Shown here piece after piece: positions 35,746-48,436 of a DNA stretch of 64,000 nt (position 1 is its first letter; each line of letters begins with the position of its first letter). The DNA comes from Octopus bimaculoides (Eukaryota): NCBI RefSeq assembly GCF_001194135.2, contig NC_068983.1, positions 66,893,828 to 66,957,827 on the forward strand, given 5' to 3'. The notes under the pieces were generated by a model, which was given only the letters and a program-made list of their open reading frames with translations, did no database searches and had not been told where the DNA came from. Made by a program: the position numbers and the translations under genes.

Positions 35746-37999
35746 GTCATAGTTTGACTGACCGAAAACCCTTGGCCATACCCCTTGCTAAGAATTCAAA
35801 TGCCCAATTCTATCTCAATAATATCATCATTATTCTCTCACACTGGCAGCTGAGTTTTTGCTGTTTCACGGTACGCCCACCCCCACAATCTGTACTGGAA
35901 GTCTCTATTCTCTGACCTCTATCAGATGACTCTCCCATGAACACCTCCAAAGGCTTAATGTTCCCCCTATCCCTTCTCAGGGTTTATCTCCTATGAAATA
36001 TAGTGATTATGTAGCGCATGAAAAACGATAGTGTAGTGTACGCAGGTTGTATGTTTATGAGTCCTGCCAAATGCGAGTTTTCTTTTCAACATATATTATC
36101 TTGTGCTAGTCTAAGCATTTTATCTTATAATTATAATCTTGTTTTTGTTATATGCTTTCTTATTACATCTTGCTCAAAACAATAATAATGCTTTTACATG
36201 CAAAGAAGAAACTTGATAGTTTGAAAAACTGAAAAAGGAAATATGAGTTTTTCAAGCTTTTGCTAAAAATAAAATAAAATTATCTGAGAGTCAAAACTGG
36301 GTTATGAATTCAATTGTATTGAATGTACCATCATGCTAAAACATTATTTATATTAAATTTTTAGTTCAAATAAGTGTCCTCTCTTTTAACATATTTGATT
36401 TCCAAATTTATGCAAGTGAAATTCATCAAAATTAATAAATACTATATGCATTTCTACAAGTACAATGCATGATTTTTCTTACTGATTCCATCATATTATT
36501 TGAAATTTGATAAACGAATCTGTTGAGAAAGTTTGAGTAAAGAATTTAGCAAATAATATGGTGTAATTATATATATTTTCTGAAATAATTATATGATATA
36601 GGTTGAAAAGAGCTAGATATAGATATAATCATGCATTATGTGGAGAAATAGAATTATTTCGATTCAATACAGATATGCACTACTATATTAACATTTGGAA
36701 TATAGTATTGTTGAAAAGCAAAAACAAAAAATATTTAACATGTTTGAATGTATTTTGCTAAGCGTTTCATCAGGAATTCACGTTTTAGGTGTTCTGTCCC
36801 TATGTTTTCTCTAACAGAATTTTTAAAAATGTGTACACTCTACTATGCATTATAAGAAATAGATTTTCTTCAGTGGTAATTTGAACTTAATTCACTTGAT
36901 AAAATTTTTGTCTTACTTGAGTTAATTTTAGTAAATGATAACATTATATCTACTCCCAGTCAAGGTAATACAGATGTAACCTACATATGTCTGGTTTAAT
37001 TTGCTGCTTAAATTTAAACATAAATTAATAGATAATTGAGCTTTATCTTTGGTAAATAGAAGCAAAGCTTATTAACTATTTTTGGTCTTGTGTACATAAT
37101 ATTCAAGTATTTTATCCCGAGAGATAATGGTGTGATCATTAATTTAAGAACAAAGATGAAATTTTCACGACTACATAATTTGCTCGTCTCAATTCGATTC
37201 AGAAATTCTACTGCAAACTAACACCTATGTATCGTCCTGCTGCTTCTGAATTAGAAATATTGAGGTCAACAAGAGTCACCTCCCTTAGAAAAGTGCGCAT
37301 TCGCTTAGAAGTAACAAAAAATAAGTAATGGAATATTTTTTATTATTCATGGATTAAAAACATTGAATTTCCAAAATCACGAGGTAATTTATTTCTGCTG
37401 CTCTGTGGTATTTTAAATTATAGATTTAATTATGATTTCTGTTTAATTAGCATAGTTTCAATGATGCTGAAATCGTGTATTTTGCAAGGGAGACAACTGT
37501 TATAAATCTAACACTTCAGTGTAATGTATCAATTTCTCTTAATTTTGATAATGATGATGATGACGATGAGAACATTTTTATAGCTCATACTCCCCTTAAT
37601 GTGTCCATGACACATTATACTTGCAGCTGAAATGAGAGTTCAATAATTATAAGTTAGCTCTTCATTTATGAAATATTATTTAATTATAACTTAAACCCTT
37701 AAGATAGATATTTATTTTTCATATCACATTACTATAACCATAAACTTGAAATTGCCATCAGAGAGCATTTTCTAAAATAGAATTATTGCATGAAAAATAT
37801 TTATCTGGTTGAGTAAATTTTCATTTTATGATATTACATCTATATTTAATAATTCATTACTAAGGTAAAAAATAAAACAAAATTTAGATTGTGTAGATTG
37901 TATATTCATAAAATAACTGTAATCATATAAAAACTTAGTCCTCAAATAATACTATCATTAGTTTAAATAGAATTTTGCTGTTAATATTAAATAGCTTAT

Positions 38000-38217
38000 T
38001 AAGGTGGTGAGCTGGCAGAGCTATTAGCATGCAGGCCAAAATGCCCAGCAGCATTTTGCCTGTCTTTGTGTTCTGAGTTCAAATTCTGTCATAGTTGACT
38101 GTTCCTTTTGTCCTTTTAGAGTCTTTAAATTAAGTACCAGTTGAGCACAGCAGTCAATGTAGTTGATTTACCCATTCTCCAAAAATTTGCTGGCTTTGTA
38201 CCAAAATTTGAAACCAA
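38000..38217 (+). mobile_element. tRNA-type SINE (family A)
   Basis: AAGGTGGTGAGCTGGCAG..TTCTGAGTTCAAATTC..AAGTACCAG..AAATTTGAAACC; homologous to 19577 copy. Confidence 0.85.
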
Positions 38218-40414
38218 TATTGAATATTTTATTCACATTATGAATTAATTCAGTTAAAATTACATAGAAATTAATAATAAAAAAAAAGAGTAACAAATGC
38301 TAGTACAATTTAAATGAGTTTGAATATATTTTCCAATTATTGAATGGATATCATAGGAAAACCACCTTCAACTTCTGTTACAGAGCAGACAGTAAGTGTC
38401 TATGTTATATTGAAATTCTGAGAAACAAATAATCCAAAAGAATAATCATTTGCAACATGTCAGCTATTGAAATAAAAATTTTTTGCTCTACATTAAGGAA
38501 ATCTGAAATCTTTCCCACTATTTTGTTGTTATCTATGAAATATACTGTTATATAAAATATAAAAATAGTGAAAATATGGCAATTAGCTTAATCTTACATA
38601 CCGAAAATAATCCCTATCGAAAGACTTTTTAATGAAAACAGGAAATTTCTATTATATGACTAATATATTCTCTTTGTCATTTATCAAAAAAGAAATTTGT
38701 CTCTTTTTCTGTCTGTTTCTCTCTCCACCCCCAAAAACATATACACAAATTCTGTGCTAGCGACTGTGTATTGTATAATTTTCATTTGATGGAATTATTG
38801 TTATCATGAGCAAATATGTTCCTTTACATAACTAAGAAGTGAGAGCAAATGTGTATTTTTGTTAGTAAAGCAAATACAGCAGAGTTATGTACCTTGCTCA
38901 GGAGCACATGATAATTCAATCGTCAAGGGTTTTAATAACTGAATGAATTTAATATTATATAAGTAATTTACACTTATTATCATTGTCAAATACATATGTA
39001 CATGCTTATATGTATGTGGGCATATATACACATGTGTACACACACACAAACACATGATAATGTAAATGTTTATTTGTGAAGTGTAAAACATTATTGCTAG
39101 CCAAATTTTACACTACATGTAATGAAGAGGAAATAAAATGTCAGTTAACAGCAATATACCTTTCAGTATGTATTATAATGTATTATTTATTATATGCAAA
39201 TGGCTCACCTTGATTTGTTTAATTTTTACATTTACTTTTGAATATGGAAGACTACCAAGTGGCTTCTGATTCTATTGAACATGTTCCACAACGGATATGC
39301 AAATATTATCTCCAAAGCTTAAATATAGTCGAAATATGTATGTTTTATTCATTGTAAATCATATATATAAATGGAACAGGAAATTCTGTGAGTAGTTATA
39401 CAAATTTCAGTGGATTCCAGTAGCTAATATATTTTTCAGAAGGGATTTCTGATTGAATAAAACTTCTAGCAGTGTATCATTCTTTAGAGACATGCTCATA
39501 GCTCTATTGTAGAATTACATAGTCTCTTTTTTGGTTTGGAATAACTGATCATCTGGAAAGACCTTGGATCTAGGATTTCTGGAAAATCAGTGAGGCTCCT
39601 GTACGTATGTGTGTGTTTACTTACATGCACACACATACAAACATATTTAATATACACAGAATTTAAATACAATATTACAAGCTTCAAACTTCCAGTGGTA
39701 CAATAGTCAGATGAGCTTGTATGGTGTGCAGTGTACTATAAGCCAATCATTCAGGCTCAAAAATACAACTTGGTTACTCTCTGAGAAGTGAGAAAGAATG
39801 ACAGAAAAAAATAAATGGAAAAAAAAAATGATAAAAACAGCATGGAGTGAAAGGAGAATTCTCATTCTAATGGACCCCTTAGAACGGGAATTGACAATGG
39901 TTGGTGCAGTAAATTTGAAGGGTAAAGGTTAAAGTTTGCGAGACTGAGACTATGCTTAATTCAGAGAGGGTGGTATTCTCTAACTTTATAATAGAAACTT
40001 ATCCAGATGCTTGCATTTAGTGAAGATCTCCAATCTAGAATTCAGTAGGCAAATTGGCTTAAAATGGATATGAGTTGTTTCAGCTATACAAAGACTGCAC
40101 AACTTTGACCCATTTACATATGATATGGATCACTCTACGATGCTCCACTTGATGGTGTTTGGGATTTTGTGGGCCTTCAAGTCACAGATGTGGCTAGGTA
40201 ACTTACTGCATTATTTCTTGTCTATGTGTTGGAAAGAAGACTTGTGGTTAGCATTTCTTCTTATAAAGTCATTTTCACACAGACCATATACGTTTTCATT
40301 TGAGTTTCATTATTTTGTAGAACTGAGATGACTTCCACTTTGTAAACCACTGAGTAGACCATGCATGCCTGGTCAAATTGGCAACTGTTTGAGTCTCTAA
40401 AGTTTCACTTTGGA

Positions 40415-41075
40415 GTAGGCACAGTTGAAAAAAGTTGATAGGCTGACATAGATATCCCCATGGAATGAGATCAAACAAATTTTATTTTTCAACGTAATCT
40501 TCCTTGCAGTTCACACACTACTTCCATTGGTATTGCAGTGCTTTGATCTTGTTGATGGAGTAGCGTTCATCCTGTTGGTCAAACAAGTCATCAACAGCAG
40601 ATATGACATCATCATCACTGCAATACTGCTTCCCAATCAAGTGTCTCTTCATGTTGGGAAACAAATGATAGTCATATGAAGCCAAATCAGAAGAGATGGG
40701 ATGGAAATCAAACAGTTCAAAGCCACAGTCACACACAGCATCCATAGAAACCAAGATCATTGCTCTGATGAAACAAGACCTTTTTTGTCAGTTTTCCTGG
40801 GTATTTGGTCTTCATAGCCTTTCATAACTACCTCAGCAAGTTGGCATAGTACTCTCCATTGATAGCATGGCCCTTTTGAAGATAGTTGATAAACACAATG
40901 CCTTTTGCATCCAAAAAGAACTGAGGCCATCACATTCCCTACAGATGAAATGATTATGGGTTTCTTTGGGGCAGGTGAGCAGATGGTATTTCCACTGCAT
41001 GGATTATTCCTTCGTCTCTGGCTGAGAGTGATGAATTCAACGTTCATCTTCTGTTAGGAAACTTTCAAGGATACA
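40415..41075 (-). mobile_element. mariner (DD34D-type) transposase catalytic-domain fragment
   Basis: SPAPKK..SVGNVMASV..; CGFEL..HP.SSDLAS.DYHLFPNMK.HL.GKQY.SDDDVISAV..F..QD; frameshifted. Confidence 0.85.
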
Positions 41076-41257
41076 AACTAGATCTGCCTCAAATAATGTT
41101 AAATTATAAGGCGAGATTTGAAGGATGTTTCACTGCCATTACACTCTGGTTTAGATGCATCTTTCTTGGCTAACATGCACCACCCACACGCAGAAGAGAG
41201 CAGAGTATGGTTTGAGGTTAATTTGGTCATGCACTCACACACACACTTCCACACACA

Positions 41258-41306
<49 letters not shown>

Positions 41307-41631
41307 CATACATACAGACATACACACAAACACATTCACACACACACACGTTGGTGTGTCTCCATATGCACATTTCTTTATAGCTTTCATTGCCCATGCA
41401 GTAAAAAAATACGTGAGGAAATGCTTTAATGTTAAAGAGTTATCTCCCATTAATTTTTGTTCAGCTGGATATGATTTTTAATTTTCATGTTAGCAAATTA
41501 TTAGCAAATTATTTGGCAAATACCATCTAGTGAGAAGCTGTGAAGACCATAATTTAAAGGAGATAATACACAAGCTGATTCAGTTATTAGTAGCAATGCA
41601 CACACACATGTGATATGTATATATGTATATA

Positions 41632-41850
41632 TATAGTCAATCCAAACATGAACAAGCAAGAAAAAACACGAAAAAACAACAACGCGAGGACATGGAATAA
41701 GTACAGTGTTATTAGACGCTCAGTAAAGGAAAGAAAAGAAAGAGGTTTTCACGTTTCGAGCGGAGCTCTTCATCAGAAATATAGGAAAAGTTCAAAGAAG
41801 GGAAGACAGGGAAAGAAAATCGCCACCGATGCACACGCGGTCACATATTG
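41632..41850 (-). mobile_element. Short Penelope-type non-autonomous element in (TA)n with minimal hammerhead motif
   Basis: Minus strand TTT-CTGATGA-A-GAGC-TCC-GCTC-GAA-ACGTG-AAA at 41745-41780; (TA)n on both flanks. Confidence 0.7.
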
Positions 41851-41919
41851 AATACGCCTATATATATATATATATATATATATAAAGAGAGAGAGAGAGA
41901 GAGAGAGATAGATAGATAG

Positions 41920-41962
<43 letters not shown>

Positions 41963-42010
41963 AGAAGGAGACAAATGCTCAAGATGTTATTAAATCATTA
42001 ATATGTTCAT

Positions 42011-42100
42011 ATCTCCTACACATGTTTCGATGGATGCATCCAAAATACGTCCAACAGGATGATTAATGATCAACTATGCATCAATCTCTTCAGGGAAGAT
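42011..42100 (-). ncRNA. Type I hammerhead ribozyme with intact core
   Basis: AUCUUCC-CUGAAGA-GAUUGAUGCAU-(36 nt)-AUGCAUCCAUC-GAA-ACAUGUGUA|GGAGAU. All conserved core bases present, G10.1-C11.1 pair, GUA cleavage triplet, stem I 6 bp with one bulge, stem II 10/11 bp. Confidence 0.75.
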
Positions 42101-42369
42101 ATAAATAACAGTACTCATCAAATAGACATTTTAACAGATATATGAAATCCCAGAAAACGTGACATATATATATGCATATGCAAACACATATACACAACAT
42201 GTGTTTAGATAAACATGTATATTTTTTTTACTAATATTACATATATACATAAACACACATACACATACGGATATACACATACACACATACATACATACAT
42301 GCATACTCAAACCCATATATATATATATATATATTAGACACACATATATATACACATATACACACACAT

Positions 42370-44480
42370 ACATAAGAAAGGTTTTCCTGAAACAACTCAT
42401 CAATAAGACTAACTCCTTCATTAACTGCATTAGATGGCAAGCCTTCTTTGATAATAAGAATATCAAGAAATCTTCCAATCACCATAACTCTGAATTTAGT
42501 AAACTTCTCAAATCTAAAAATAATTCTCCTCCTAACCTAAGTTTAAAACAGTTTGAAGAGGACCTCTGGACTTTCGTCAAGAATGTTAAATTCCATTAGT
42601 ATCCCTTAAGGAATAAACATCTAAGATATCTACATAATATTACCAAAGAAATTAACAGCATGGAAGACCTCCTTGTTCAGTTGGATAAAACTGGTAACCT
42701 GTATCACTTAAACAAGTATTTTTACCTTAAGCTGCCCAGGAAGGAAATACTAAAAATATATAAGACTACTGTTAAAAATACTATCAGAGAGGCCAATCTT
42801 GAGGCTAAGAAAATTATGGAAAATATATATTTTACAAACAAAAATTGAGCCTTTATCTCCTAAGCAACCACGTTTTGTCTTAAAGAATTACAAACCCAAC
42901 TTCTTTAATAACTCATCTCTCCATCTCATATATCCCTCTAGATCTGATATAGGAATACTTAGCAAAAACATTCTGGATATGTACATATCCCCTATTAACA
43001 AAAATACTTAAACTTAATCATAGGTCTACCTCTTTTCACATTGTAGACTGGTTCAATTCTATCAATAATAAATTAAGCACAAAATTCATACAGCTCAATA
43101 TCTGCAGCTGTTATTCCTCTATCAATCCTATCATCCTAAACAAAGCCCTATGGTTTGCACATAATAAGGCAAGACTAACCCGTGATGAAATTAATGTTGT
43201 CCTAGAAGCAAGAAAATCCACCGTCCAATTTGACAACAAACTTTGGATTCGTAGGGATCGACCAGATTGCTTCGATATCCCTATGGGAAGTAGCGATCCA
43301 GCTCAGGTTTCTGATTTGGTCAGAATTTACTTCCTATCAGAACTAGCAGACCAATTCCCTTATATACTTGGTGGTTTATATCATGATGACTGTCTACTTT
43401 ACCTACAAAATACCTCAAATCAGAAACTACAAAAAGTTAAACAAAATCTACTCAAATTCTTTAGTAATATCGGCCTAAGTATTTCTTTTGATGTTGATAA
43501 ACTAAGGTTAACTTCCTAGATCTAACTCTAAACTCAAAGTAATGTTAGCAGTAATAGATACATTAACAACAAGAGTACTTGTCCTGCTCCTTCTACAGTT
43601 AATTATCTAAATAATACCCAATTCCATCAAAATATCCATATTCCTTACTTTCATAACCCGAAAAATAAACAAAGGGAAGTAACTATGTTTCCCCTTCATT
43701 TTTATATTCTTTTAAAAATAACACTAGGTTTTTTAGTAATAAATCTCCCATAGAATCACGCAACCCCAATGAAAATATTATTCCATACAATAAACAAGTA
43801 AAAAGTAACCTTCCCTTCTTAGTTTGTCAAGCTATAGAATGGAACTTCCCTATTAAATCAAGGTACCACTCAATTTTCAATACACACCGTATCATACTAG
43901 GTTTTTCCAACACCTACAATATTTCACAAATTGTAGCATCACATAACAGCCCTGTTCTAAAAGGTTACAGTGTCTTTCCTGATAACCTTAGCAACTTTAA
44001 TTACATTAACAATAATATTAACAATAGTCTCTCCTGAAATCAAAATATCAATGAAATTAAGCCTTGCAACTGTGGCCCAAATAAGACGCCTGTCCTAAAT
44101 AGAAACTGCCAACTTAAAAATGCTGTGTACCAATGCAAGATTACCTCTGGTAACAAGGAATATTTTTATATAGGATTATTCTCTACAGAACTGAAATCTA
44201 GACTGACTAAACATTTCTCAACCTTCAAATACAATAGTAAGTGTAATTCCACAGGGCTTAGTAAACTAATCTGGCTCCTTAAAGACTAACAAGATTTTTT
44301 CTTTAGACTGGAAAATTTTATCTATATCATTTCCCTATGTCAAAAGGAAAACTTCTTGTCCGTTTTGCATGGAGGAGCAATTTTCAATACTCTTTTCCAA
44401 ACATAATCAGGTGAATACATTTACAGAGCAAGTTTCAAGATGTAAACAATGGAAAAAAACACTCTTTTGCTTTTTTCAAA
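42370..44480 (+). mobile_element. Near-full-length decayed Penelope-like element ORF (RT + GIY-YIG endonuclease)
   Basis: N-terminal INCIRWQAFF..PPNLSLKQFEEDL..KF; RT FDIPMGSSD..GLYHDD..FLDLTL; endonuclease AVYQCKITSGNKEYFYIG (about 44122-44180) then W.IL..CPFCMEE; multiple stops and frameshifts. Confidence 0.88.
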
Positions 44481-46401
44481 TAGTATCTATCCCTCACCTA
44501 ACAATAATTTCTGCAAATTATCCTTTATTTTTTTCGTTATTATTTATCCTTACTTCCCATAACCTTTATTCCTTCATTCATTCTTTCTTCCCATCCTTTC
44601 TCCATCCAATCTTGCCCGCTCCTCTCCCCTCTCTTTTAACTTTGCTTTATCTTTCCCCCTCTTCTCTCACCTTATGAAGTATATTTCCTTAACAGCATTT
44701 TAAAATTTTAGCGTTCCCTTCAATACTTGGCTTTCCATATATGCGTACACATGTATATCTGGTTTTGTATAATATGTTAGTGTACATATATGTGTGTATG
44801 TGCTTACCTAAGCATGTGTCAGTGAATGCAAATATGTATTTGAGTGTTTCAAGGGGTTTTTTGGGGGGTTGTGTATGCTCCTGTACATGTATGTGTCAGT
44901 GTGCTTCATAGAACATTCTATGAAATTGGATGCTATTTGTACCAGTTGATTGGTAATCAGAGTGTATCACATGACTTTAGTATCGTCTGGGCTTAGTTAT
45001 CACAAATGTAATGTTTCAATTTTACACAATTCATTTTTCTAGTAAGTAGCACCAAATAACACTGAGCTTCGTCAAGGTAAAAATTCGTTTTTATCAAAGG
45101 CCTATTACTGATTTATTTTTAAAGAAAAATGTTCATAATGTAAAAAAGATAATTTAACAAAAGTAAATAAGAAAATGAAGAAAAAAAAGGAAATCAATTG
45201 ATAAATTTTCAAGTTGGACATGCATGGGGTAACTGGTTTTACCCTCTAAAATGTTCCATGATACCCCAAGCACTCACATCACTACCAAAAGTGGTTTCAA
45301 TGCTAAGGAGCTCAAACAATCTGGTACCCTCCTGAGCATCAACCAAAACTTCAATAAGGTGTTTACTAATGAAGTCAGAATCTTCATTGTTTGCAGTTCA
45401 ACACTTCTTCCTGTTGTCACAAGCCACAGGTTAAAAACGTAATTTACCTACAGGTTATAGTATTTCTGTGCCTTATTTTATTCAACTGTGGATGCAGTTG
45501 AACTCATGATAAATTCAATCATTATTTTATCAACTTACTAACTGTTCTGAGTTATTCCATACCATATAGTGAAATTCTACAGATCCTAACTGGCTATGAA
45601 TGATCTTAAGTATTTATCTTATATTTCAAAATACCTTTTTCCTTTTATTCTAGATCATTCATAACACCAAAGGACATTCTTTAATTTCTGCTATTATTCA
45701 GAGTTATATCTACTGAATTTATTGGCCTAAATTCAGTTTTTGAAATGGAAAACTATTTCCATATAAATAAAGTAATAATGTACAGCTCTCATATTACAGT
45801 CATAAACCTAATTGTGTTACTTTTTATATTTATCTCTTCTTTGCATTACTTTTTCTCTCTCCCTGTTCTTTAAATTAATCATGAATATTTATTAGTTTTT
45901 AATGAAACAAACCTTGAAAGTCTTAAAAATGATAATATATATGATTTGTTCCCACATTTTGTTTAATGCTTTCTGTTTTGCATTGATCTAGCAGTTGGTA
46001 TTCTGTGCAAATTCTGGATGTCATGATTTGAAAAGACTACATAAGTTACAGTTAGTTGAAAGACTATAGTAACAGAAAAGTTGTATAGCATTGTCTTCTG
46101 CATACTTATATCACATATCATTTTATTTAATGTTGTTTTTATTCAGTTATATGTAAAGGAAAAGGGCTATTTGGTATACAAGTAAGATCATCAGCAAAAA
46201 GATAGTGTAGTTGATATTAATTTGATGTTCAAACCCAACCAAGTCCAACTAACCCAATTACCCTTCTGTTGTTTAAACAATCTATAATCTACTCCAGTGG
46301 GATAAAATATGGCTGAGTAACAGTGTCTGCTCCCACTCAAGATACAAGCTAATGAAAATGGAAGTGACAAGCATCCCTAGTACCAATTCAAATGCTTTGT
46401 T

Positions 46402-46470
<69 letters not shown>

Positions 46471-47787
46471 TGAAGACAAACAATACTGATTTCTTAGATA
46501 TTAGGCAAATAGCTCACAGAGAAGCTATATAGTGCCTGCAGGCTGATGAATTGTCATTCTGCCATTGATTCTTTCAGTGTTAGTAATGGTTGGAGAAAAT
46601 TGTAACAAAAATAGACAAAAATTAAACTGAATAAATGATAGAATTTAGAGAATGCTACAGGTCTCACAAACTTGTGCTACCTCTAAGCATGACTAATGAC
46701 CATGGTAATATAGTATGTTTGTACTCAGATGAAAATAATGATACTAATTTGCTATATTCATGAGAATAGATAGAAATGAAGCAAAACAATAATAAATTAC
46801 CCCCAAGTGGCTCATTAAACATCAAAGGGAAAAATATGTTACCAAAAGACCATCGCCTCTCAACACTAATAATTAGCCCTAGTCAACTTCATGTAATAGA
46901 ACTTTGAATTTTGAATTGGTGTCCATTGTTATTTTACTTATTGCATGATGGTACTGATTAGTTCAGAGTTATTAGATTCCTGTGTTAAATAGATAGCCAA
47001 AACATTATTTCAGCAAACTGATTAAAAAGAACTGTACTTTCTTTTAAATATATATTTGCATGGGCTAGCTGGTTCTATAAATTCTTGAGCTCCATTTTAC
47101 CATCTTTTTAATGCAAACTTCTCACCCATGAAGCCAATATAATATCTAGTTCCACTATCAATGGTGGAACTAGATATTATATTGGCTTCATGGTTGAGAT
47201 GACTGAGGAGTGTAGAAATGTGCAGTTTGCTTTGCACATGTCACAGTGGATCTAAAAGAATATGAAGCTATGTCATTGATTGTTCAGCAACAAATCTACT
47301 ATTAACTTACATTCATATGTAAGTTATGTGTGTCTGTATATGTGTGTGTATATATGTGTGTGTATATGTGGTTAATGTAAACAGAATTTGGATTCAGACA
47401 TGAATTATTCCTTTTAACATTCTACTCTGAGTATTAATGTTTTGACTTCTATTTAAGGGTAGTGGATTGGAACATTGGACAAAATACCTTACAAAATTTC
47501 TTTCAGCATTTTATGTTGTTAGTTCCAGTCCCACCAAAGTCAACTTTACCTGTTATTCTTTCAGTGTCAATAACCTAAAGCATCTGTCAAATACTGGGAT
47601 CCATTTAATCAGTTTACCTCACCTCCAAATTTGTGGTCTTGTTCCTTTATTTAAAACTATTATTTTCACTTCTAATATATCTTGGTTAGCAAACAGCAAT
47701 ATAATATTGAAATAATTTTCAATAAATCCTTTGAAAAATACCAGTCAAAAGAAATTATTTTTAGAACTATTATTCTTACTACAAAAG

Positions 47788-48000
47788 CAGTGAGTTGATA
47801 GAATAGTTTGTACAGGAGACAAAATGTTTAGTGGCATTTCTTCTGACTTTATATTCTGAGTTCAAATGCCATGATAATTGACTTGACCTTTCATCCTTTA
47901 GAGGTCAATCAAATCTAGTACCAGTTTAGCACTTGGATTGATGTGCTTGATTCATCTGCTCTGTCTTAAATTGTTGGCTTTGAGCCAAAATTTGAAACCA
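47788..48000 (+). mobile_element. tRNA-type SINE (family A, older)
   Basis: GTGAGTTGATAGAAT..TTCTGAGTTCAAAT..CCTTTCATCC..AGTACCAG..AAATTTGAAACC. Confidence 0.75.
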
Positions 48001-48209
48001 TTCTTTTTTAAAAAGTACAAATTAATTTTTTAATACTTGGTATAGTTTGTGAGGTCTCTATACTTATATCTATTATTTTATCTAGTACTCAGCTATTATT
48101 AAAGTTGATTATTTTCTTGTTTTTCCATTTTAGCTTAACATTTATCACCCATATGGATACATAGCTGCTGCTTTAAAGCTGTTACAGCTTGGCATTAGTC
48201 ATTACTTCT

Positions 48210-48436
48210 GTTTCTGCAAAAATGCAAAGGCCTAAGCAGATAATGCAAGGAATCTCATCCAATGCTTCCAGTTCCATCAGTTTACTGCCCTGAATTGGTA
48301 CTTTTTTTATTGACTTATGAAAAGATGAAAGCAAAGTTGACCTGGACAAAATTTGAACACAGAGCGCAGAAAGTCAGAATAAATACTACAAAGCATTCTT
48401 TCAATACTCTAACAATTCTGTCAATCCACTGCCTTG
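48210..48436 (-). mobile_element. tRNA-type SINE related to family A, reverse orientation
   Basis: Reverse complement gives AAGGCAGTG..GTTCAAATTT..CAACTTTGCTTTCATC..AAGTACCAAT. Confidence 0.7.

Noticed and set aside
36735-36775. CATGTTT...TTCATCAGG as a reverse-strand hammerhead remnant
   Set aside because: GAAA core is mutated and no stem II pairing is found.
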